The notes under the pieces were generated by a model. That model did no database searches, was not told the origin of the DNA, and was given only the letters and a program-made list of their open reading frames with translations. Positions 43,007 to 50,294 of a stretch of DNA of 50,294 nucleotides are shown in pieces. This stretch comes from Sedimentisphaerales bacterium (lineage in GTDB: Bacteria; Planctomycetota; Phycisphaerae; Sedimentisphaerales; SM23-30). The translations under genes and the position numbers were made by a program. The stretch lies in the NCBI GenBank assembly GCA_016930855.1, contig JAFGFX010000323.1, forward strand, positions 1 to 50,294, written 5' to 3'. How positions within the stretch are numbered: the first letter of the stretch is position 1; every line of letters starts with the position of its first letter.

Positions 43007-44530
43007 TTGAAAACCAGGCTGGTCTATATCGGCGACGACAAAACATTCCAAGAGACCTTGCGTGCCGCGGCGATGGCCATGGGGTATCCCTGGCTATGCG
43101 TCTTGGATGCCGGGGAGCCCACCGCCGATACGGAACCATCAGTGCAAACCGAAAATCTGTTACAACTGGTATTCTGCGACAACCCGCTTGGTCCGACCGC
43201 CCCGGGCCGTTTGACCGGCGCTGCCGCCGGGCCGCTGATCCTGGTGTGCCCGGCCGGCGGGGACGTCGAACAGACGCATCCGACCGACAGCGATCGCTGG
43301 ATGTTGGACACCATCGTCAAACCCCTCACGCCGGCGCGGCTGATCCAGAAGATCCGCCTGTATGAAAAGGTATGCACCGCGTACGGCCTGGACCCCGATC
43401 CGGCGGCGGCCGAGGACTCGCCGGCTCCTGAGCAGGGAATTTCCCGGCGGATCGGGATGCTGCGTCAGCATCTCCGCCAGGCGGACGCGCAGCTGGCCAT
43501 CCAAGGCGACATCCTGCACACCCTCCAGCAGGCCGGCACGCTGGCCCGCCGGATCAACTGCCTGGACCTGGAGTCGATCGCCACGGTGTGCATCGAGGAG
43601 ATCCCGCGCTTGATCGCCGGCCGGTTTGCCTCGCTGTACCGCTACGACGCCGGCAAGAAGGTGCTGCACCTGCTGCGCCACAACCATCCCTACCCGATCG
43701 AGCGGCTGGTGGTGATGAGCGAACACGCGGATTCGCCCATGGCCACGGCCATCCGGCAGAAGGAACTTCTCGTGCTCAAGGATCTGGCCACCTGGGCCAA
43801 CGGCCGCGATCAGCCGGTGCTGCGGCTCTTCGCCGGGAACTACCGCTCGAACAGTTGCGTGATCGCCCCCCTGCTCAGTGGTGAGCAGGTGCTGGGCGTC
43901 TTGAACCTGGCGGACAAGATCGACGGGCCGTACTTCGATCGGGCGCGGGACCTGCTGCCGATCCAGATGCTCTGCAACGTCATCGGCTCGGCGATGTCCA
44001 ACATCCAGATGTACGACGAGGTGCGCCGGCGGGCCCGCACCGACAGCATGACCAACCTGTTCAACCACCGGGCGTTCTACGACGAGCTGGAAAAGGAGGT
44101 CCGCCGGAACCGCCGCTACGGCGGACAACTGTCACTGATCATGATCGACCTGGACAATCTCAAGTGCACCAACGACGAACACGGCCACCGCGCCGGCGAT
44201 GCGATCATCCTGCACGCGGCCGAGCAGATCCGCCGCTGCACGCGGGAGTTCGACATCGCGGCCCGATACGGAGGCGATGAATTCGCCATCATCCTGCCGA
44301 ACACCAGCCGGCAGGAGGCCGTCATCGTCGCCCGCCGACTGGTCCAGACCGTGTCGGCCCGGCCCGTCCGGGCGGGTAGCTCGCGGGTGGACGCCTCGGT
44401 CAGTGTCGGCGTGGGCCAATATGCCGGCGGCGGCATCGAGGAATTCATGAACGAGGTGGACGCGGCCCTCTTTGCGGCCAAATCGGCCGGCAAAAACCGG
44501 ATCCAGGCGGTCGATACCCCGGCAAAATGA
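43007..44530 (+). CDS. REC-GAF-GGDEF diguanylate cyclase
   Basis: 507 aa with a TTG start (AGGGA RBS). Receiver-like N-terminus (IGDD, FCD, VKP). GAF-like middle (SLYRYD...PMATAI...VLGVLNLADK). GGDEF active site RYGGDEF with an REFD I-site. Confidence 0.85.
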   Translation: MKTRLVYIGDDKTFQETLRAAAMAMGYPWLCVLDAGEPTADTEPSVQTENLLQLVFCDNPLGPTAPGRLTGAAAGPLILVCPAGGDVEQTHPTDSDRWMLDTIVKPLTPARLIQKIRLYEKVCTAYGLDPDPAAAEDSPAPEQGISRRIGMLRQHLRQADAQLAIQGDILHTLQQAGTLARRINCLDLESIATVCIEEIPRLIAGRFASLYRYDAGKKVLHLLRHNHPYPIERLVVMSEHADSPMATAIRQKELLVLKDLATWANGRDQPVLRLFAGNYRSNSCVIAPLLSGEQVLGVLNLADKIDGPYFDRARDLLPIQMLCNVIGSAMSNIQMYDEVRRRARTDSMTNLFNHRAFYDELEKEVRRNRRYGGQLSLIMIDLDNLKCTNDEHGHRAGDAIILHAAEQIRRCTREFDIAARYGGDEFAIILPNTSRQEAVIVARRLVQTVSARPVRAGSSRVDASVSVGVGQYAGGGIEEFMNEVDAALFAAKSAGKNRIQAVDTPAK

Positions 44531-44880
44531 GTCGGCCGGCCCTTGCCAATCTCCCCCCAGTCACTACAATGGACTCCGTTCGCCCAGCAGGGAGACAGAT
44601 GCCCGTGAGTTCACCGCAGGAAGAATTTCAAAAAAGCTGCCAGGAGATGGTGCGGGCCTGCCGGGAGGCGCAGCAGATGCGGGACCAGTTGCAGGCCCAA
44701 TACCAGCGGTTGCAGCAGGAACAGCCGGATTCCCTGACCGAGACGGAGGCCGGCCGCCAGGAAGAGCAACTGCTGGGTTTGGAGTGCTTTCGCAAGGCCA
44801 TCACCGCGATCGATTTTGCCATCGCCACCATGGAGCAGGCCCTGCGGGACCAAGAGCGGGTCCGCGACGAACCAGAATAA
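44527..44880 (+). CDS. small helical hypothetical protein, start overlapping the cyclase stop
   Basis: 117 aa. ATGA start/stop overlap at 44527..44530. The Gln/Glu-rich segment looks like a coiled coil. The true start may be an internal Met. Confidence 0.4.
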   Translation: MSRPALANLPPVTTMDSVRPAGRQMPVSSPQEEFQKSCQEMVRACREAQQMRDQLQAQYQRLQQEQPDSLTETEAGRQEEQLLGLECFRKAITAIDFAIATMEQALRDQERVRDEPE

Positions 44881-44944
44881 ACCCCGGCCGATTTCCATCA
44901 CCGGCCCTTTGGATGTCCACGTCGCTCATTTTTTAAGGTAGGCA

Positions 44945-47900
44945 TCAAGGCTCGCCGAGGGGGACTGCCTGGCCGGCAGCAAGAAAATAGACCAGCAGCC
45001 GGCAAACCGGCTCATCCAGGATCACCTCGACCGCCCGGCGGTAGAGCAGCATCTGCGGGCGATAGATCTCGCCGCGGTCCCGGCACGCGGCCGGCGCGAC
45101 CCGATCCGTCTTGAAATCGATTACCACCCACCCCGACTCGGTTCGATAGAGGCAGTCGATAATGCCGCGGACGAGCAGCCGCTCGTCTCGATCCGGTCCG
45201 GGCAAATCGGCCTCGGGATAGACCTGCCCGGCCGGCAGGGCCAGGGTAAAGGGCCATTCCCGCCGCAACCGGCCGCGGTTGGCCAGCAGGTCCCGACCAT
45301 GGGGACCGGCAAAAAAACGCCCGATCGCCTCCAGATCGACATGCTCTAGCTGGGCGGGGCCAAATATCCCCCGGTCGACCATCTCCTGCCACTGCCGTTG
45401 GAGGCCAGGCCCATCCAGGGGCCGATCGAGGTCCACAAACTGCATAAACTGGTGTGTCCAGGTCCCCCGGCGGGTGGGATCGGGCCGGCCGGTGGAACCA
45501 TCAAGAAAATCCGGCCGTCGGTCGAACGCCGCGGCCTCGGCCGGACCCGCGGCAAAGGGCGCGGCCCCTAAGGTCGATACCCGCCAGGCGGTCAGCCCTG
45601 CCGGCCGGTCCTCGTCCGCCACGAAGCGCCGCTTGATCTCCGTTACGCTGGTGCGGGCCGGCAGACCCGTCAGGACCCGGTGCGGATACGTCCAGGTCAG
45701 CCGCTCGATCACCCGGCGGGCCTGGGGATCGACCTCTCCCGCCGGTGGATGGACATCGGAACAAAGCGACCCCTCTGCCTGGGCCGCGGTCCGGCCGGCC
45801 GCCCGGTCAATAGCGGCCAGGACCTCCCGTAGCCGCTCGGCGTCGTAAACCTGGACGGCAAAACGCGCCGAACCGGCCTCCGTATCACCGGCAATCCGTC
45901 CGGTGGTGGGGCTGGATTGTCCAAAAACACCCTGGAAATCGGGATGTGCCCCCAGGGCCCAGCCCAGCCAGTCGAGCGGGCAGCGGGCCGACTGCAACAC
46001 GAAATCCGGGACGGCGCCGCCCGGCTGATTCCGGGCCATCCGCCAGCGGTTTCGCGATTCCGCCAGCGAGACGTCCGCCGTCAGGATCAACCGCTCCCGG
46101 GCACGGGTCAGGGCGACATAGAGAATCCGCAGCTCCTCCGGCAGGGCCCGCTGCTGTTTCTCCCGCCGCACCATCTGATGGAGCAGCGTGGCGTAGCGGT
46201 CGCCGCCGAAATCCTCGGCCAACCGGACGCCGACGCCGGCCTGCGGGTCCCGATCGAAGAGGATGTCCGGCTGCAGATCGGCCTGGTTGAAGCGGCGCGA
46301 GAGATTCCCGACGATCACCACGGGGAACTCCAGGCCCTTGCTCTTGTGGATGCTCATGATCCGCACCACGTCGTCGGCCTCGGTCAGGACGGGGGCCGGG
46401 CCGAAATCGCCCTCCTGCTCCCGCAGCCGCTCGATAAACCGCAGAAAGCGATCCAATCCCTGGTGGGCGAAGCTGTCGAACTGGCGGGCCCGGTCATGCA
46501 GTTGCAGGAGGTTGCGGTACCGCTGGCGGCCGTCGGCCAATCCGCAGACATAGGCCAGGTAATCCGTCCGGCGATAGATCTCCCAGAGCAGAAGCCCCAG
46601 CGGCTGGCGGCGGGCGCTCGTCCGCCAGCCGTCCAGCAGGTCCAGGAAGTCCGCCAGCACCGCCTTTAAGCGCCGATTCGGACCCGAGCGGGCATAGCCA
46701 AACACGGCCTCGGCATAGGTCGATCGTTCGGAGTATTGGCGGATCTCGGCCAGCTCGGTTTCATCCAGGCCCACCAGCCGGCTGCGAAGCACGGCCGCCA
46801 GCGGGATATCCTGGAGGGGGTTGTCGATCAGCTTCAACAGGTTGATCATGTCCTGGATCTCGGTGGCGACGAAGAATCCGCCGCTCAGTTCCGCGTGCAC
46901 CGGGACCTGGCAGCGGCGAAACTGCTCGCACCAGATCTGGGCCCGGAACCGCACCGAGCGCAGCAGGACCACGATATCGCGAAACCGCACCGGCCGGCGG
47001 CGATGGGTCTGGGGATCCAGGATCTCCAACCTCCCGCCCGGCCCCGGCAGCCCCGGCACCTCCGGCCCCGCATCCAGTCCCAGCAGCCGGCGGATCCGCC
47101 CGGCGACCAGGGCGGCCTGGCGGCGCTCGGCGTCCTGATCCATCGGGTAGGCGTCATCCAGCTCATCGCCGGAATCGCCGTCCGGCGTGTCAGCCGTGTC
47201 AGCCGTGTCAGCCGTGTCAGCCGAGTCAGCCGTGTCGGTATCGGCCGGATCGGGGGGTTCGGCTTCGCAAGAAGATGGACTTCGTTCCAGCAGGTGGATC
47301 TCGACAGCGGGAAAACGGCCAGCCAAACGATCGGCCGGCCGCCCCTCTGCTAGACCGGCTGATTCGGAGTCGGCCGTTTCCGTCATGGCAGTCTCTCTGG
47401 CCACAGCCGTGTCGCCGCCTCCAGTATCCCTACCATCACCGTCATAGAAACGGGCGCCGTAGCGAAGCTGGCCCTCCCGCCGGTAATCCATGCCGGTCCA
47501 GCCGCGGGTCATCAGCCGGCCGAATAGGTAATTGACCGCCTCGATAATCTCCCGCCGGGAGCGGAAGTTCTCGTTCAGGTCGACCCGCGCCAGTGCCGCC
47601 GGATTCCGGCGGTCCGCCGCCGGGTCGGCCAGCGGCTGGGCCAAATGAAACTTGGCCAGAAAGATCCCCGGATCGGCCTGCCGAAAGCCGTAGATGCTCT
47701 GCTTGACATCGCCGACCATGAACAGCTCCGACGCCGTCGGCCCGCCGGGCCGGTCGGCCGACGGCGACGATCCGGCCGACCGCAAACAATCCAGGATCGC
47801 CTCCTGCAGCGGCGAGATATCCTGGTACTCATCGATCAGGACGGCCCGGTAGCGCCGCCGGACCTGGAAGGCGACCTGGTCGGATCGATCCGGGGGGCGC

Positions 47901-49021
47901 AGCAATTGCAGACATAGATGCTCCAGATCGGCGAAATCCAGCACGTTCAGGCCCCGCTTGACCTGCTGATAGCGCTGGTCGAACCGCCGCTGCAGGTCGA
48001 TCAGGACATCGACCGCCGGCGCCGCGGCGCGGATCTGGCGGCACAGCAACTCGGGCGGGACCGTCCAGTCCCGGCAGAGGTCCTTAAACTCCTCGCGGGC
48101 GTTTTTGATTAGATCCCTGACCGGCGCGATATCGCCGTCCGCCAGGCCGGCGGGCCGTCGCGGGGCGCTCTTCCATTTGGCCGCGGCCCGCAGCCGATCC
48201 AGGCCGCCGGCCGGATCGCCCCCGGCCAACTGTAGACGCAGGCGGCCGAGCCGGGGCAGGATCTCGCCCTCGAGATAGGGCCGGTAAAACGCCAGCTCCG
48301 TAAGGACCTCGGTCAGGCCCCGGGCATAGTCCAGCCGCTCGATCACCCGGTCCAGCCCGGCCAGCAGGATTTGCCGTTGCCGGCGGACCAGCGGCAGCTC
48401 GCCGGCCGCCTGCTGGATCGACTGCCAGCGATCGGACCACTGGGCCCGGTCGCTGAGGGTGTCCAGGAAGTTATGCAGGCGGATCAGCAGGTGGACCAGG
48501 CCGCGGTCCTCCAGGCCGGCATAGGCCCGCAAAAACCGGACGAAGGGCTCGCCGCCGCCCGCGGCGCAGCGGGCATACGACTGATCCAGGACCTCCCGGC
48601 CGATCTGCACCTTGATCAGGTCGGCCTCGTCGGCGTCCAGCACCTCGAAGTTGGCGTCCAGCGGCAACCGGTAAAAGTACTCCGCCAGGACGCCGCGGCA
48701 GAAGGCATGGATCGTGGAGATGCGGGCCCGGTCCACCAGCAGCGCCTGGCGGCGCCAATGCGGGTCCTGCGGCCGCTGGCGGCGGCGGCGCAGGATCTCG
48801 CGGCGAATGCGGCGGCGCATCTCATCGGCGGCCGCCTCCGTGAAGGTCAGCACCAGCAAGTCGGTGATGTCGCACGGCCGCTCCGCGGCGCCGAGATAAT
48901 GCAGGCAGCGGCCGGTTAGGACCGAGGTCTTGCCGGACCCGGCCGCGGCGGCGACCAGGACCTCCGGGACCTCGGTCTCGATGGCCCGCTTTTGCTCGGT
49001 TGTCCAGCGGATGGTGCTCAT
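44945..49021 (-). CDS. addA: ATP-dependent helicase/nuclease subunit A (UvrD-like helicase plus PD-(D/E)XK nuclease)
   Basis: 1358 aa. Walker A AAAGSGKTSVL, UvrD/PcrA helicase motifs (LIDEYQDISP, VGDVKQSIYGFRQA, IHKSKGLEFPVV). C-terminal nuclease GIIDCLY...VVIDFKTD. Follows addB. Confidence 0.85.
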   Translation of the reverse strand: MSTIRWTTEQKRAIETEVPEVLVAAAAGSGKTSVLTGRCLHYLGAAERPCDITDLLVLTFTEAAADEMRRRIRREILRRRRQRPQDPHWRRQALLVDRARISTIHAFCRGVLAEYFYRLPLDANFEVLDADEADLIKVQIGREVLDQSYARCAAGGGEPFVRFLRAYAGLEDRGLVHLLIRLHNFLDTLSDRAQWSDRWQSIQQAAGELPLVRRQRQILLAGLDRVIERLDYARGLTEVLTELAFYRPYLEGEILPRLGRLRLQLAGGDPAGGLDRLRAAAKWKSAPRRPAGLADGDIAPVRDLIKNAREEFKDLCRDWTVPPELLCRQIRAAAPAVDVLIDLQRRFDQRYQQVKRGLNVLDFADLEHLCLQLLRPPDRSDQVAFQVRRRYRAVLIDEYQDISPLQEAILDCLRSAGSSPSADRPGGPTASELFMVGDVKQSIYGFRQADPGIFLAKFHLAQPLADPAADRRNPAALARVDLNENFRSRREIIEAVNYLFGRLMTRGWTGMDYRREGQLRYGARFYDGDGRDTGGGDTAVARETAMTETADSESAGLAEGRPADRLAGRFPAVEIHLLERSPSSCEAEPPDPADTDTADSADTADTADTADTPDGDSGDELDDAYPMDQDAERRQAALVAGRIRRLLGLDAGPEVPGLPGPGGRLEILDPQTHRRRPVRFRDIVVLLRSVRFRAQIWCEQFRRCQVPVHAELSGGFFVATEIQDMINLLKLIDNPLQDIPLAAVLRSRLVGLDETELAEIRQYSERSTYAEAVFGYARSGPNRRLKAVLADFLDLLDGWRTSARRQPLGLLLWEIYRRTDYLAYVCGLADGRQRYRNLLQLHDRARQFDSFAHQGLDRFLRFIERLREQEGDFGPAPVLTEADDVVRIMSIHKSKGLEFPVVIVGNLSRRFNQADLQPDILFDRDPQAGVGVRLAEDFGGDRYATLLHQMVRREKQQRALPEELRILYVALTRARERLILTADVSLAESRNRWRMARNQPGGAVPDFVLQSARCPLDWLGWALGAHPDFQGVFGQSSPTTGRIAGDTEAGSARFAVQVYDAERLREVLAAIDRAAGRTAAQAEGSLCSDVHPPAGEVDPQARRVIERLTWTYPHRVLTGLPARTSVTEIKRRFVADEDRPAGLTAWRVSTLGAAPFAAGPAEAAAFDRRPDFLDGSTGRPDPTRRGTWTHQFMQFVDLDRPLDGPGLQRQWQEMVDRGIFGPAQLEHVDLEAIGRFFAGPHGRDLLANRGRLRREWPFTLALPAGQVYPEADLPGPDRDERLLVRGIIDCLYRTESGWVVIDFKTDRVAPAACRDRGEIYRPQMLLYRRAVEVILDEPVCRLLVYFLAAGQAVPLGEP
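47187..47240 (-). repeat. 9-bp tandem repeat x6 inside addA
   Basis: GTGTCAGCC occurs four times exactly, followed by two degenerate units. It encodes (T-A-D)n within an acidic low-complexity insertion. Confidence 0.85.
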
Positions 49022-49076
49022 ATGAACTCTTGCGCCCGCGACGGTGCGTCAAACAAATACGAACGTGCGAACTCGG

Positions 49077-50294
49077 TCACTGCCCGTGTATCGAGAGGTA
49101 CTGCTCGATGCGGGCCAGGGCCTCCGGTTTCGACAGGGCCGGCAGGTCCCGATAGGCATCGCGGGCGGGATCGAACCGACAGACGCCCTGGAAGCTGCAA
49201 ACGTTGCAGGCCCGGTTTCGCTGGCCGATCCGGTAGGGGCTCACCTCGATACGGCCGGCCAGAATGTGCCTGGCCATCCGTTCAAATTGCCCGCGACAGT
49301 ACCGCAACACGGCCTCCATCTGTTCGGCGGCCACCACATCGCTGCGGGAGAAATCCGTCGGGCTGCCGTCCTTCTTTAACCCAAAGGAATAACACTGCGA
49401 CCGTTTACCGGGCTCGATGGTGCCGTCCAGCCGGTCCAGGTAGGATTGGCTGACGATGCCCCTGGCCTTTCGCGGCGCCGGATCGGCGGCCGTGCGGTCG
49501 TCGAGCAGGGATTCCGGCGGCGGGCCGTTGCGGCTCTGGCCGGCCGGCTGAATGGGCAGGTAGACCGCCGCCGCCGCTTCGAGCGCGCCGCCGGCCGCCG
49601 GCCGGTAGAGCGCTTGCAGCGCCAGCAGGTACCCGACCAGTTGCAGCGAGAGGCCGTGATGGAAATCGGAAAAGGAAAACCGCCGGCCGGAACTCTTGTA
49701 ATCGATGACGCACAGACCCAGCCGGCCGCGGTCGGCCGGGCACAGGTCGAAGCGGTCGATCTTGCCCTGCAAGATGAGCCGGCGGCCGCCGTCCAGCTCC
49801 AGGACCAGCGGCCCCAGTCGACCCGCTTCGCCGAAGGTCCATTCGGCGCCGGCCTGCCGGAAGGCGCCGATGCGGGCGGCGTGGCGCAGCGTCCGGCAAA
49901 ACCGCTTGAGCCACTCGGCCGCCTGGCCGATCAGGACGCGATTGCGCTGGGACTGGTCCAGGAGGGCCGCCACTTGGTGGTCGCGGCGGCCGACCTGCGC
50001 GGCGGCCTGGGCCACGATCCGGTCGATGACGTCATCGATCAGGTCCGGCCAGCGAAGGTCTTCGGCCTGCATGAGGTCAAACAAAACCGAAAGGACCTGA
50101 TGGTAATACGCCCCCAGGTCCACCGCCGCCAGTTGCAGCAGCGAGCGCTCCTCCAGGCGCAGGAGGTAGCGGGCAAAATGCTGGAACGGGCAGGCGGCAA
50201 AGCTCTCCAGCCGCGAGATGCTGCTGGTCAGTTCCGCACCGAACAGCCGGCGAACGCCGGCCGGCGACAGGGCAGCCTGGTTGCGATAGGTCAA
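49077..50294 (-). CDS. addB: ATP-dependent helicase/nuclease subunit B, C-terminal part (5' end outside window)
   Basis: 405 aa are visible. CPFQHFARYLL plus CNVCSFQGVC give the four-Cys Fe-S pattern that flanks a PD-(D/E)XK nuclease (VIDYKS). The ORF is open at the window edge. Confidence 0.8.
   Translation of the reverse strand: MTYRNQAALSPAGVRRLFGAELTSSISRLESFAACPFQHFARYLLRLEERSLLQLAAVDLGAYYHQVLSVLFDLMQAEDLRWPDLIDDVIDRIVAQAAAQVGRRDHQVAALLDQSQRNRVLIGQAAEWLKRFCRTLRHAARIGAFRQAGAEWTFGEAGRLGPLVLELDGGRRLILQGKIDRFDLCPADRGRLGLCVIDYKSSGRRFSFSDFHHGLSLQLVGYLLALQALYRPAAGGALEAAAAVYLPIQPAGQSRNGPPPESLLDDRTAADPAPRKARGIVSQSYLDRLDGTIEPGKRSQCYSFGLKKDGSPTDFSRSDVVAAEQMEAVLRYCRGQFERMARHILAGRIEVSPYRIGQRNRACNVCSFQGVCRFDPARDAYRDLPALSKPEALARIEQYLSIHGQ

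Noticed and set aside
1-50294. Looked for tRNA or rRNA genes, CRISPR arrays, transposases or integrases, prophage genes, toxin-antitoxin pairs and known defence-system genes.
   Set aside because: I saw none. Apart from the small REP/MITE-like element, every sizeable ORF is accounted for by housekeeping, pilus, flagellar, signalling or recombination functions.

Overview
This is a GC-rich bacterial chromosomal window. I saw no rRNA, tRNA, CRISPR array, transposase or integrase. About 26 kb (9.9-36.2 kb) is one co-directional minus-strand flagellar super-operon: flgB-flgC-fliE-fliF-fliG-fliH-fliI-fliJ-(ylxF-like)-fliK-flgD-flgE-flbD-motA-motB-fliL-fliN-fliO-fliP-fliQ-fliR-flhB-flhA-flhF-flhG-(small membrane ORF)-fliA-(small acidic ORF). 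The order is the Firmicute/spirochaete type, except that fliM is missing between fliL and fliN. Upstream of flgB is a near-consensus sigma54 promoter with a tandem palindromic repeat further upstream. Beyond that lies a co-directional regulatory gene string: a MerR-like HTH protein with 14 heptapeptide repeats, an 812-aa single-pass TPR protein, a FlgN-like protein, a sensor-less histidine kinase and a sigma54-dependent response regulator. CCGATAA (sigma28 -10-like) boxes sit upstream of motA, upstream of the fliA-proximal ORF, and upstream of a divergent REC-GAF-GGDEF cyclase. The flanks hold pilMNO(P), folP, lpdA, folD, a membrane HAMP-GGDEF cyclase, dapF, and addB (5'-truncated by the window edge)-addA. 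Small structured elements are a twin 40-nt hairpin repeat between flgE and flbD, a 35-nt perfect palindrome before the kinase gene, a nested-palindrome REP/MITE-like element, and in-frame 21-bp and 9-bp tandem repeats. All family calls rest on motifs read by eye and on gene order. No searches were run. Many long antisense or alternate-frame ORFs in the track are GC-driven artefacts.
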